DNA of 64,000 bases from Macrostomum hystrix (Eukaryota > Animalia > Platyhelminthes): positions 2,170,001 to 2,234,000 of the forward strand of contig CATNEN010000012.1 in the NCBI GenBank assembly GCA_950097015.1, read 5' to 3'. This document shows positions 27,901 through 42,900 of the stretch, piece after piece. Both the position numbers and the translations under genes were made by a program. Under the pieces are notes generated by a model, which ran no database searches, was not told the DNA's origin, and saw nothing but the letters and a program-made list of their open reading frames with translations. How positions within the stretch are numbered: position 1 is the first letter of the stretch; every line of letters starts with the position of its first letter.

Positions 27901-30900
27901 ATAGATTGCGGAATGCGACTCACCAGTCCCCTGCACCGAGTAGGCGAGCGAGTCTCCGTCCCGATCAGTCGCCGTCACCGCGCCAACGGTGGTGCCCGCC
28001 GGCAGGTTCTCGCTGACGCTGAAATTGTAGCCAGCGCCGACAAACACCGGCGCATTGTTGTTGACGCCGAGAACGCGAACCGTGACGCTGACAACGGCGG
28101 AGAGCTGCGGACTGGCCCGACGATTGACAGCGGCCGCTTGGAACGCGTAGACGGCTGGTTTGCCGGCGTCTCGACTAACGGAGGCCGTCACCACCAGCTC
28201 GCCTGTGCTGCTGTTTGACACGCCGAATGGCAGCCCGATGGAGGAGCGGATCTCGTACGCGATGTCGGCGTTGTCGATTGACGAGTCGTTGTCGTAGGTG
28301 CGTAGAGGCGCGCCCAAGGAGGAGCCGACTGTGAGGGTCTCGTTGATGACGTACTCGTAGGAGTCTAGGAAGGCAGATTTCATCGTAAGGGGTTGAGTGT
28401 ACTGGAGTGAGTGGACACATGGGGATTCAGTGAGTGGACACATGGGGATTCAGTGAGTGGACACATGGGGATTCAGTGAGTGGACACATGGGGATTCAGT
28501 GAGTGGACACATGGGGATTCAGTGTGTGGACACATGGGGATTCAGTGAGTGGACACATGGGGATTCAGTGAGTGGACACATTGGGATTCAGTGTGTGGAC
28601 ACATGGGGATTCAGTGAGTGGACACATAGGGATTCAGTGAGTGGACACATGGGGATTCAGTGAGTGGACATATGGGGATTCAGTGTGTGGACACATGGGG
28701 ATTCAGTGTGTGGACATATGGGGATTCAGTGAGTGGACACATAGGGATTCAGTGAGTGGACACATGGGGATTCAGTGAGTGGACATATGGGGATTCAGTG
28801 TGTGGACACATGGGGATTCAGTGAGTGGACATATGGGGATTCAGTGTGTGGACACATGGGGATTCAGTGTGTGGACATATGGGGATTCAGTGTGTGGACA
28901 CATAGGGATTCAGTGAGTGGACACATGGGGATTCAGTGTGTGGACACATGGGGATTCAGTGAGTGGACACATGGGGATTCAGTGAGTGGACACATGGGGA
29001 TTCAGTGAGTGGACACATGGGGATTCAGTGAGTGGACACATGGGGATTCAGTGAGTGGACACATGAGGATTCAGTGAGTGGACACATGGGGATTCAGTGA
29101 GTGGACACATGAGGATTCAGTGAGTGGACACATGGGGATTCAGTGAGTGGACACATGGGGATTCAGTGAGTGGACACATGGGGATTCAGTGAGTGGACAC
29201 ATGGGGATTCAGTGAGTGGACACATGGGGATTCAGTGAGTGGACACATGGGGATTCAGTGAGTGGACACAGAGTAATACTAAATGCTGACCTTGCAGAAA
29301 TACAGGCGCGTTGTCGTTAACATCTGTGACGCTGATCCACACATGGGCTGTGTCGTTCAGCACAGAGCCGCTCACGGGGTCGAAGACCGGGTTGTAGGCC
29401 ATCACCTGGTGAGAAATTATTTATAATTACTAAATACAAAATGGCGTTAATTTTATATAACTTTGAATATTAGAATCTGATGAATAAGCTAACAAGGACC
29501 TCTGAATACAGCATCTGATAAATAAGCTAACAAGGACCTCTGAATATAGCATCGGATAAGTTAGCTAACAAGGACCTCTGAATATAGCATCAGATAAGTT
29601 AGCTAACAAGGACCTCTGAATATAGCATCTGATGAATAAGCTAACAAGGACCTCTGAATACAGCATCTGATAAATAAGCTAACAAGGACCTCTGAATATA
29701 GCATCGGATAAGTTAGCTAACAAGGACCTCTGAATATAGCATCAGATAAGTTAGCTAACAAGGACCTCTGAATATAGCATCTGATAAATAAGCTAACAAG
29801 GACCTCTGAATACAGCATCTGATAAATAAGCTAACAAGGACCTCTGAATATAGCATCGGATAAGTTAGCTAACAAGGACCTCTGAATATAGCATCAGATA
29901 AGTTAGCTAACAAGGACCTCTGAATATAGCATCTGATAAATAAGCTAACAAGGACCTCTGAATACAGCATCTGATAAATAAGCTAACAAGGACCTCTGAA
30001 TATAGCATCGGATAAATAAGCTAACAAGGACCTCTGAATATAGCATCTGATAAGTTAGCTAACAAGGACCTCTGAATATAGCATCTGATAAATAAGCTAA
30101 CAAGGACCTCTGAATATAGCATCAGATAAGTTAGCTAACAAGGACCTCTGAATATAGCATCTGATAAATAAGCTAACAAGGACCTCTGAATATAGCATCT
30201 GATAAGTTAGCTAACATGGACCTCTGAATATAGCATCGGATAAATAAGGATAAGGACCCAAATTTATTGCCTTGGGCTGAGATTCGAACTTCGGAACTCT
30301 CGATTACGTAGAACTCCGTAGCTCAAACCACTGGGCAACAAGCTCATACACGCTATGAGCACTTTGACTGTGACAATGGCTAGCGTGAGATTTCTCCCAC
30401 TTTCCTTATAGCAAAGCCAGCAAATTCGCCTGCATTGTTGTTAAACAAGGCGATTATTTTTCCCATTCGTTTGGCCCACAGCTTAGGGATTTAATTGCCA
30501 CAATCAATGTGATTTTTCGTTGGGAACTGTGTTGTTCAGCTCCAAATCCCTGCCAGCTGACGCCAAGGACGTTTCACTTTTTTATGAGCAGTTAAGGCTT
30601 TGAGTCCGAAAATATACCAATGCATTTTGAATAAATACACGCGTTAGTCTTGTTTAAACCAGATTAAACCACATTTTGGCACCAATTTGATACTTTTGTT
30701 GCTTCGAAGTTTCCCTAAAAAGTCCCGTTCTTGACTGAGTGGCTAACTTTTGATTTGCACTAATCTTGCGTGACTTCATAGCACCGGCTGTGCACACACA
30801 TAAAAAATAACGAACGGATTTCTTATAAGCTTTTTGGAGAAAGGTTTTGTAAATGGTTTCGGAAAAAGTGGTTTGCTCAAAGCAAGTCTATGAAATCTGT

Positions 30901-33900
30901 TGCACAATGAAAACATTTTGTCCAAAAAACTGGCCACTGTGTCTCATGGATCTAAAACAATGTTATATAATTAAACCAGTGAGTCGAAGCCAGGCGGTTG
31001 GCACGGCGGGCGCAAGTTCGAACCTGGCCATCAGTAAAATCAATAAGCCTCTCGGAGAGACGCCACCGGTGCACAGCGCGCCACCCTAAATAGGGCTGGA
31101 AAAGGCCGAACCAAGGGGGGCGGCGGCCCCGCGACCAGGCAACGTACATGCACCCCCGCACCAATGCACAAGCCCCCAACCCCCCCCCCCCGGTTTAACC
31201 TCCAACCAAGCTACGCTCGGTCGGACCACTAAACTGACGACCAAAACTACATATCCGAAACTGTAATCTTCACACCTCATATTCTAAGCTGTACACTTCA
31301 CACCTCATATTCTAAGCTGTACATTTCACACCTCATATTCCAAGCTGTACATTTCACACCTCATATTCTAAGCTGTACATTTCACACCTCATATTCTAAG
31401 CTGTACACTTCACACCTCATATTCTAAGCTGTACACTTCACACCTCATATTCTAAGCTGTACACATCACACCTCATTTTCTAAGCTGTACATTTCACACC
31501 TCATATTCTAAGCTGTACATTTCACACCTCATATTCTAAGCTGTACATTTCACACCTCATATTCTAAGCTGTACACTTCACACCTCATATTCTAAGCTGT
31601 ACACTTCACACCTCATATTCTAAGCTGTACATTTCACACCTCATATTCTAAGCTGTACACTTCACACCTCATATTCTAAGCTGTACATTTCACACCTCAT
31701 ATTGTAAGCTGTACACTTCACACCTCATATTCTAAGCTGTACATTTCACACCTCATATTCTAAGCTGTACATTTCACACCTCATATTCTAAGCTAAATAC
31801 TTCACAACTCATATTCTAAGCTGTACACTTCACACCTCATATTCTAAGCTGTACACATCACACCTCATATTCTAAGCTGTACATTTCACACCTCATATTC
31901 TAAGCTGTACATTTCACACCTCATATTCTAAGCTGTACACTTCACACCTCATATTCTAAGCTGTACACTTCACACCTCATATTCTAAGCTGTACATTTCA
32001 CACCTCATATTCTAAGCTGTACACTTCACACCTCATATTCTAAGCTGTACATTTCACACCTCATATTGTAAGCTGTACACTTCACACCTCATATTCTAAG
32101 CTGTACATTTCACACCTCATATTCTAAGCTGTACATTTCACACCTCATATTCTAAGCTAAATACTTCACAACTCATATTCTAAGCTGTACACTTCACACC
32201 TCATATTCTAAGCTGTACACATCACACCTCATATTCTAAGCTGTACATTTCACACCTCATATTCTAAGCTGTACATTTCACACCTCATATTCTAAGCTGT
32301 ACATTTCACACCTCATATTCTAAGCTGTACACTTCACACCTCATATTCTAAGCTGTACATTTCACACCTCATATTCTAAGCTGTACATTTCACACCTCAT
32401 ATTCTAAGCTGTACATTTCACACCTCATATTCTAAGCTGTACACTTCACACCTCATATTCTAAGCTGTACACTTCACACCTCATATTCTAAGCTGTACAT
32501 TTCACACCTCATATTCTAAGCTGTACACTTCACACCTCATATTCTAAGCTGTACATTTCACACCTCATATTGTAAGCTGTACACTTCACACCTCATATTC
32601 TAAGCTGTACACTTCACACCTCATATTCTAAGCTGTACATTTCACACCTCATATTCTAAGCTGTACATTTCACACCTCATATTCTAAGCTGTACAATTCA
32701 CACCTCATATTCTAAGCTGTACATTTCACACCTCATATTCCAAGCTGTACATTTCACACCTCATATTCTAAGCTGTACACATCACACCTCATATTCTAAG
32801 CTGTACATTTCACACCTCATATTCTAAGCTAAATACTTCACAACTCATATTCTAAGCTGTACACTTCACACCTCATATTCTAAGCTGTACACTTCACACC
32901 TCACACTCACATTCCAAGCGTCAAATATCGAAACTCAAAAAGATCTAATATTGTATCTCGCTTCAGTTGAACACTAAAGAGCTCAAATAAAAGTTTCACC
33001 TGAATGGAGAAGTTTCTATTGAAATCCGGCGAATCGTAATTCAGTCCTTGTCCGAGGATCAGCGATCCGGTGCTCGAGTCCAATTTAAACTTGCCCAAAC
33101 CGTTGCCCCCGGTGATGTTATAAATCACTGTTGAGTAGGGCGCCGCGGTGTCCTTGTCGTAAGCCAAAACTTTGACAATCTCGCGACCCACCGGCAGATC
33201 CTCCGACACCGTCTTGGCGAACGAATTCGGCGAAAACAGAGGCCGATTATCGTTAGTATCCAACAATGTGACGGTCACAACTCTAGTCCGATTGGCTACG
33301 GTAGCAGCTGGGCTTACAAGTGGCTGAACATTGTACACAATAACTGTCACATTGTGCTTGCTGGTGTTGCCGAAGGAAGCTCTTGTGAGCTCCTTCGTGC
33401 TGGACAAGAAGCCTGTGGTGGAGTTCACAATGAACAGGCCTGACAGATCGCTGGGTGCCACCAGTCCAAATCGGCTCTCGCGGTTGGGATCCAGGTCGGG
33501 ATCCGTGAACTGCGAATGCGGAGTTAGAAAAATTATTTCATGCAATCGGCATATCAAAGATTCACTCCCTAAGCTCAAATACCTATAAACTTTGTGACCC
33601 AAAAACTTCCCCTTCCTAATCACAGATCCCAATCAACTTTGTGACTCAAAAACTTCCCCTTCCCAATCCCAGATCCCAATGAACTTTGTGACTCAAAAAC
33701 TTCCCCTTCCCAATCCCAGATCCCAATGAACTTTGTGACCCAAAAACTTCCCCTTCCTAATCCCAGATCCCAATGAACTTTGTGACCCAAAAACTTCCCC
33801 TTCCTAATCACAGATCCCAATGAACTTTGTGACTCAAAAACTTCCCCTTCCCAATCCCAGATCCCAATGAACTTTGTGACTCAAAAACTTCCCCTTCCCA

Positions 33901-36900
33901 ATCCCAGATCCCAATGAACTTTGTGACTCAAAAACTTCCCCTTCCCAATCCCAGATCCCAATGAACTTTGTGACCCAAAAACTTCCCCTTCCCAATCCCA
34001 GATCCCAATGAACTTTGTGACTCAAAAACTTCCCTTTCCAATCCCAGATCCCAATGAACTTTGTGACCCAAAAACTTCCCCTTCCTAATCCCAGATCCCA
34101 ATGAACTTTGTGACTCAAAAACTTCCCCTTCCTAATCCCAGATCCCAATCAACTTTGTGACTCAAAAACTTCCCCTTCCTAATCCCAGATCCCAATCAAC
34201 TTTGTGACTCAAAAACTTCCCTTTCCAATCCCAGATCCCAATGAACTTTGTGACTCAAAAACTTCCCCTTCCTAATCCCAGATCCCAATCACCTTTGTGA
34301 GTCAAAAACTTCCCCTCCCGAATCCCAGATCCCAAATGAACTTTGTGACTCAGAAACTTCCCCTTCCCAATCCCAGATCCCAATGAACTTTGTGACTCAA
34401 AAACTTCCCCTTCCTAATCCCAGATCCCAATCAACTTTGTGACTCAAAAACTTCCCTTTCCAATCCCAGATCCCAATCAACTTTGTGAGTCAAAAACTTC
34501 CCCTCCCGAATCCCAGATCCCAAATGAACTTTGTGACTCAGAAACTTCCCCTTCCCAATCCCAGATCCCAATGAAATTCGCACCTTCATCTGAAGGAAGT
34601 CCGAATAGCGGCCCTTCTCAGGCAGTGACACGGCGGTGGCCCCGGCCGGGTCAAAGTCGGGCGCATTGTCGTTAACATCCAGCACCTGGACAAAGACGTC
34701 GGCGGTGCTGGAGAGCTGCGGGCTGCCGCCGTCGGCTACCAACACTGGGAAGCTGAAGGTGCCGTCGGTCTCGCGGTCGATGCTTCTGATTGTGGAAATT
34801 TCTCCCGTACTGGGGCTGACATTGAAGAAGGCGGCTGCCTGGGCGCCCAGCAGGCTGAACTGCAGCGCCGAGTTCGCCGTGCCCGGTTCGTCGGCGTCCG
34901 TGGCAACCAACCGGCCAACTGAGGCTCGAGGCGCCAGATTTTCTTGCACAGTAAAATTGAATCTACTCTGATTGAAGCGGGGCGGGTTGTCGTTGTAGTC
35001 CAGTAGACGGATTCGCACCTGCGCTGTCGCAGTCTGAGTGCGGCAGTTGAGGTTGGTGTGGACAGTTTTTAGTGCCAATTGAATTTCGAAATTTTTCTTT
35101 CCCACTAATTATCATATTAATTTTTTGATTGAGTATTTCTGTCACGATAACACGGATCTTGTACCCAATCAGATATCAATATCCACCTCAGTCTCAAACA
35201 CCGTCCCCATCCCCATCCCAGCCCAATCTCAATCCTGATCCCTATCAGAATCCTAGCTAGTAGCCGTCCACATTCAAATCCCAATCCCAATCCCAATCCC
35301 AATCCCAATCCCAATCCCAATCCCAATCCCAATCCCAATCCCAATCCCAATCCTAATCCCAATCCCAAACCCAATCCCAATCCCATTCCCATTCCCAATC
35401 CCAATCCCAATCCCATTCCCAATCCCATTCCGACTCCCATTCCCGATCCCAATCCCAATCCCAAAAGCTATCCCCACCGCAATATCGATCCCGATCCTAG
35501 TAGCTATCCCGATCCGAATCCCAGTAGATTTCCCCATCCTGATATCATTCCCGATTCCTGTATCAACCCTCATCCCAATATCAGTTCCTATCTCGAAAAA
35601 CTCAATCTAGAATTTATTATCTCCATCCGCAGCTTACCTTGAAGCCGTCCGTTACAGTTGCTGTTAGATTGTAGAAATCAATAAACTCTCGGTCCAAGAT
35701 GCCAGCACTGCGGATCAGGCCTCTGCAATCGTTAGATTTTTTATAGCGACTAGTGGATGACTTCATATTTAATCACATCAGAATTTTGGTGTTCTTACTC
35801 GTTGCCAGTAGTCACAACTGAGAATTTTTCGCTTCCAAGACTGGCTAGTATTGAGTAGGTCAGGATGGCATTTGGGTCGCGGGCGATCGCCTTGACAACG
35901 GCAAGTAAAGTAATTTTTGTGTTGAGGAACAACATCCCAGATAGCAGATCCCAGATCGCAGATCCCAGATCGCAGATCCCAGATCGCAGATCCCAGATCG
36001 CAGATCCCAGATCGCAGATCCCAGATCGCAGATCCCAGATCGCAGATCCCAGATCGCAGATCCCAGATCGCAGATCCCAGATCGCAGATCCCAGATCGCA
36101 GATCCCAGATCGCAGATCCCAGATCGCAGATCCCAGATCGCAGATCCCAGATCGCAGATCCCAGATCGCAGATCCCAGATCGCAGATCCCAGATCGCAGA
36201 TCCCAGATCGCAGATCCCAGATCGCAGATCCCAGATCGCAGATCCCAGATCGCAGATCCCAGATCGCAGATCCCAGATCGCAGATCCCAGATCGCAGATC
36301 CCAGATCGCAGATCCCAGATCGCAGATCCCAGATCGCAGATCCCAGATCGCAGATCCCAGATCGCAGATCCCAGATCGCAGATCCCAGATCGCAGATCCC
36401 AGATCGCAGATCCCAGATCGCAGATCCCAGATCGCAGATCCCAGATCGCAGATCCCAGATCGCAGATCCCAGATCGCAGATCCCAGATCGCAGATCCCAG
36501 ATCGCAGATCCCAGATCGCAGATCCCAGATCGCAGATCCCAGATCGCAGATCCCAGATCGCAGATCCCAGATCGCAGATCCCAGATCGCAGATCCCAGAT
36601 CGCAGATCCCAGATCGCAGATCCCAGATCGCAGATCCCAGATCGCAGATCCCAGATCGCAGATCCCAGATCGCAGATCCCAGATCGCAGATCCCAGATCG
36701 CAGATCCCAGATCGCAGATCCCAGATCGCAGATCCCAGATCGCAGATCCCAGATCGCAGATCCCAGATCGCAGTTCCCAGAAGTCTTACCGTCAACCGAA
36801 GCACTTCAGACCCCACAGGTGTAGCTTCGGTCACGTTGACGGAAAACACAGAACGGGTGAAGGCGGGTGGCCACAGCCGCGAGTTGTTCACCGTCACCTG

Positions 36901-39900
36901 GATGATGACTGACGTCATACGGCGGTCCCTAACTTCGACAGCCTGATCAGTTGCGGTGGCCACCAGCTGATAAGAAGGCACAAATGTTGGATTAGCAGTG
37001 GACAAATTGGCAGATAGGGTGAGAACTCCTGTGTCCGGGTTGAGGCTTATCACAGTGAGTCCGTTGCTGGACGAGTGAGTCAAACTGTACTTCACCAGAC
37101 CGTTGTGTCCTGCGTCTGTGTCTGTAGCATTCACCTAGGAGAGAGGGGTGGTTGGCTGATTTTACTCCGACCATACCACCTCACTCCATACATCCACCTC
37201 ACTCCATACATCCACCTCACTCCACACACCCACCTCACTCCATACATCCACCTCAATCCATACATCCACCTCACTCCATACACCAACCTCACACCATACA
37301 TCCACCTCACACCATACATCCACCTCACTCCATACATCCACCTCAGACCATACATCCACCTCAGACCATACATCCACATCAGACCATACGTCCACCTCAC
37401 TCCAAACATCCACCTCACGCCATACGTCCACCTCACTCCATACTCCATAAATCCACCTCACTCCATACATCCACCTCGATCTAAAACAGTTGATTCGCAC
37501 ATCTTGCTCTGCACAGGCACCTGTGTCAGCTCATCCGGATCCCTAAATCTGGATTAGGCAATTTTTTTCGCTTCCAGTTATTACAGGAAGCTCAGAACCA
37601 GTCTTTAAACATAGTTTTTTACAATCAGGTGCTACACCCGCCATTTAAACGCTCAGCCTCAACATCGGCAGTCTTTTGCCCGTCAACTTTCAAGTCAGGC
37701 AGCCTCTTCTTCTTCCTGCATCTCTTCCTCATCTCTTTTTGGCCTCCGCCGCTCCCAATTTTATGGTTGCTATGCGCCAGTGCTCCCAATCCTGACTGGG
37801 ATATTTCGCCATTATTTAGCAGCGTGAAAAGGGGGGCTAAGCAATCCCCCCACAATTTCTTTCCCAGTTTTACAATTGCTCTTTTTACCACAGCCAACCT
37901 CAGCCCGTTTGCACTTTAGTCTGCCGCGTGGCATTTCAAATTATACCTAGTTTACTAAGGGAATAGCTAGTGACTTCAGGAAATAACTAGATCTTTCAGG
38001 GAATAGCTAGTGACTTCAGGAAATAACTAGATCTTTCAGGGAATAGCTAGTGACTTCAGGAAATAACTAGATCTTTCAGAGAATAGCTAGATCATCCAGG
38101 GAATAGCTAGATCATCCAGGGAATAAATAAATCTTTCAGGAAATAGCTAGATCATCCAGGGAATAGCTAGATCATTCAGGGAATAACTAGATCCTTCAGG
38201 GAATAGCTAGATCATTCAGGGAATAACTAGATCATTCAGGGAATAGCTAGATCATTCAGGGAATAGCTAGATCCATCAAAGGAATAGCTAGATCATTCAT
38301 GGAATAGCTAGATCATTCAGGGAATGCTAGATCATTCAGGGTATAGCTAGATCATTCAGGGAATAGCTAGATCATTCAGGGAATAGCTAGATCATTCAGG
38401 GAATAGCTAGATCATTCATGGAATAACTAGATCATTCAGGGAATAGCTAGATCATTCAGGGAATAGCTAGATCATTCAGGGAATAGCTAGATCATTCAGG
38501 AAATAGCTAGATCATTCAGGGAATAGCTAGATCATTCAGGGAATAGCTAGATCATTCAGGGAATAGCTAGATCATTCAGGGAATAGCTAGATCATTCAGG
38601 GAATAGCTAGAGCATTCAGGGAATAGCTAGATCATTCAGGGAATAGCTAGATCATTCAGGGAATAGCTAGATCCATCAAAGGAATAGCTAGATCTATGTA
38701 CTAGTCTTACCTGTCCAATCAAGCTACCTATGCTGGCAGCTTCAGAAACGCTGAAGTTGTACTGCGCCAAATCGAACAGCGGACTATTGTCGTTAACATC
38801 AGTGAGCGAGACCAGAATGTTGCAGTTGTCGCTGCTATACCTCTCGGTTGTGTTGATCTCTCTGGCGAAAACCTGCGGCGTGTCGCATTGTAAATCATTT
38901 TTTGTAAATATGGAAGCAAAAAATACGGGGCAATACCCGGAAGACCACATTTGACTCATCCCAGTAAATCCCAGTACAATGGCATTTCTCACCGCTAACT
39001 AGCTTATACAGTACTGAAAAGCGCTGAAACTTGAAGACTTGCATTCTGGTAGTCACGCATAAGATCACTCAATATACTCTCTGAGTCGCCTTAATCCAGT
39101 ACCTCACTGAAGCATTCCTACTCAATCTGGTCAGCAATATTTATTATGCATGACTCTGGCTTGGCATTCACTGTGTACTGCCTTCGCCATGCGAAATTCT
39201 ATCAGGGGGTCCTGATTTTATTGTTTAAACTAATCTGAGTAATCTGACCGTTGTTCAGTATAGAGGAGATTGAGCACATGACTCACATTTTTGCAGTTGC
39301 TTCTTATGGCACTAATAAACTACTTTAGCTCGCGATTTCAAAAAGGTAATGCGCAGCATTCAACAGGATTCGAACTTGGGACCTTCGGAAATAAGTCAAG
39401 AAAAAAGCAATTAGAGCTGGCAGACCTACATGTTAATAGAGTTATTGAGACTGCTGTAGATATTTTTTAATTACTTTTTGTAAGGGCGTGTCCATTGGTT
39501 TCCATGGTGACAGCACGCGTTGAAATTTAACCTCAAGCCTCACTTTCACTATTTTCTCTCTCGTTATTTCTCTCTAAAAGGTTGACCACTTCTCAAAGTC
39601 TCATGCCATTGTACTAATGAGCTGTGTGTGTGTGTTTGAGCACAGTGTTTATAAATCTGGCTGCAAGTATGGGTAGCAGTTAAATTTGAAAACTAATTTG
39701 AGCTCACACACGCGGAGTAGAGTGAAGTAAGGATGGAGTATGTTTTAGTTGGTGTTGCCTTGACAACCAAACCACTGGAATTAGTTCCGTTTGCATCCCC
39801 GCTCCAGCTAGTACTTCTCGTTTCCCAACCCAGAGTGGAAGTCTGAGCTGCTCAAGATGGGTACTCATTTACTCCTCTGAGTGGGTATAATAGCCTGATG

Positions 39901-42900
39901 GGTGGAGAGAAAACTCAGGTTGCAAAAAACACTATTCCAAGCTTGACTTGATTGTCAAGCCAAATGATGCCTTGAAACTGCGAGAGCTGATGTCTAGGGA
40001 TAAAGTTGTGGTCAAAATGATTAAATTGGATTAACTGAAACTGCTAAATTGTACTGCACTGTAACTTACCTGTAACTTATAGTCCATTAATAAACTGGCT
40101 ATAAGTTAGCCAGGAGTTCAGCCAGGAGGCAATTCTGCCCATTCCGCTGACTCCTGAGCACACACGCACACAGATACCGTAAGCAGGCACACACTCACAC
40201 TTGTGTGTACATCAGCCCTGACTTTCTCATCGACAGGCAGTTTAAAATTTAAATGTGCCTTGGAGGTTGGAGGTAAATTGCACGACAAGCTCCCAAAGCC
40301 TTCTCTACGTGGCTGCGCCCCAAATGAATATGGCCTCGCCGCGGAATCGAGCTCAGGGACCTCGGTCAATAAGTAAGATTTTAGCTCGATTACTTAAAAA
40401 TCAAATATTCTATGGTCATGAGTGAGGGGTATTCCATGGACTTCTCTAGAATATAAAATCCGATTGCTTATTTTATTGACAGTTATTGGGCTCATTCTTT
40501 GCCAGGAACGCCTAGTCTATGGTTTAAAGTGCTATAATTCCAGGACCATCAAATCAAATGTAGCCGACTATCGCTCAAGATAAAAGTTGAGACCGTTGCC
40601 ATGGAAACCAGCCCACCGGGCTATCCTTGACTCGAGATTTCCCCAGTCTTTAAAACGCTCACAGGCAGCTGTGGAGAATTGGGAATAAACATTGGGAGAG
40701 AAACAGAATGAGCGAGTGTGAGCCTGACAGGTGAGCAAACATCCCTCACTCTGCTCAGGCCTTCTCACTCTAGCTCAGGCAAAATCCGGCCGTCATCAAC
40801 GGGAAAAGCAAAGAAAGCAATAGGGTGGGGGGAGATCGAAGCGAGCATTGTGTGGAACAAGTCCAATCCACATTTCTCCCCTCTATCCGAAAGAGCACTC
40901 TAGGATTTTAACAAAAAGTATATGTGCTAATTTCCGTTCCATTTGCAACATTGATTTCCCTTAATTTCTACTCACCATGGCACTCAAATATTGTATAACT
41001 AAGTGCTGCGAGTGTTAGCAGACTCGAATCCCGTATTCTGAATCTAAAACCCCGCATTCTGAATCTAAAATCCCGTATTCTGAATCTAAAATCCCGTATC
41101 CTGAATCTGAAATCCCCTATCCTGAATCTAAAATCCCGTATCCTGAATCTAAAATCCCGTATCCTGAATCTAAAATCCCGTATTCTGAATCTAAAATCCC
41201 GTATTCTGAATCTAAAATCCCGTATTCTGAATCTAAAATCCCGTATCCTGAATCTGAAATCCCGTATTCTGAATCTAAAATCCCGTATCCTGAATCTGAA
41301 ATCCCCTATCCTGAATCTAAAATCCCGTATCCTGAATCTAAAATCCCGTATCCTGAATCTAAAATCCCGTATTCTGAATCTAAAATCCCGTATCCTGAAT
41401 CTGAAATCCCCTATCCTGAATCTAAAATCCCGTATCCTGAATCTAAAATCCCGTATTCTGAATCTAAAATCCCGTATCCTGAATCTGAAATCCCCTATCC
41501 TGAATCTAAAATCCCCTATCCTGAATCTAAAATCCCCTATCCTGAATCTAAAATCCCGTATTCTGAATCTAAAATCCCGTATTCTGAATCTAAAATCCCG
41601 TATTCTGAATCTAAAATCCCGTATTCTGAATCTAAAATCCCGTATTCTGAATCTAAAATCCCGTATTCTGAATCTAAAATCCCGTATTCTGAATCTAAAA
41701 TCCCGTATTCTGAATCTAAAATCCCGTATTCTGAATCTAAAATCCAGTATTCTGAATCTAAAATCCCGTATTCTGAATCTAAAATCCCGTATTCTGAATC
41801 TAAAATCCCGTATTCTGAATCTAAAATCCCGTATTCTGAATCTAAAATCCCGTATTCTGAATCTAAAATCCCCTATCCTGAATCTAAAATCCCGTATTCT
41901 GAATCTAAAATCCCGTATTCTGAATCTAAAATCCCGTATTCTGAATCTAAAATCCCCTATCCTGAATCTAAAATCCCGTATTCTGAATCTAAAATCCCGT
42001 ATTCTGAATCTAAAATCCCGTATCCTGAATCTGAAATCCCGTATTCTGAATCTAAAATCCCGTATTCTGAATCTAAAATCCCGTATTCTGAATCTAAAAT
42101 CCCGTATTCTGAATCTAAAATCCCGTATTCTGAATCTAAAATCCCGTATTCTGAATCTAAAATCCCGTATTCTGAATCTAAAATCCCGTATTCTGAATCT
42201 AAAATCCCGTATTCTGAATCTAAAATCCCGTATTCTGAATCTAAAATCCCGTATCATGAATCTAAAATCCCGTATTCTGAATCTAAAATCCCGTATTCTG
42301 AATCTAAAATCCCGTATTCTGAATCTAAAATCCCGTATTCTGAATCTAAAATCCCGTATTCTGAATCTAAAATCCCGTATTCTGAATCTAAAATCCCGTA
42401 TTCTGAATCTAAAATCCCGTATTCTGAATCTAAAATCCCGTATTCTGAATCTAAAATCCCGTATTCTGAATCTAAAATCCCGTATTCTGAATCTAAAATC
42501 CCGTATTCTGAATCTAAAATCCCGTATTCTGAATCTAAAATCCCGTATCCTGAATCTAAAATCCCGTATTCTGAATCTAAAATCCCGTATCCTGAATCTG
42601 AAATCCCGTATTCTGAATCTAAAATCCCCTATCCTGAATCTAAAATCTCGTATTCTGAATCTAAAATCCCGTATCCTGAATCTGAAATCCCGTATCCTGA
42701 ATCTGAAATCCCGTATTCTGAATCTAAAATCTCGTATTCTGAATCTAAAATCCCGTATTCTGAATCTAAAATCCCGTATTCTGAATCTAAAATCCCGTAT
42801 TCTGAATCTAAAATCCCGTATTCTGAATCTAAAATCCCGTATCCTGAATCTAAAATCCCGTATTCTGAATCTAAAATCCCGTATTCTGAATCTAAAATCC

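Noticed and set aside
29470-29700. CTGATGA in the 38-bp array as a hammerhead ribozyme core
   Set aside because: No stem II followed by GAAA, and most units read CTGATAA.
10452-34971. Plus-strand ORFs antisense to cadherin exons (e.g. 10643, 12318, 14413, 26454, 34636)
   Set aside because: Shadow ORFs of GC-rich coding exons with no independent domain signal.
12641-39769. Identical 17-mer TGTTGCCTTGACAACCA in exon 33 and intron 8
   Set aside because: About 0.1 such matches are expected by chance in 64 kb, and there is no flanking homology.
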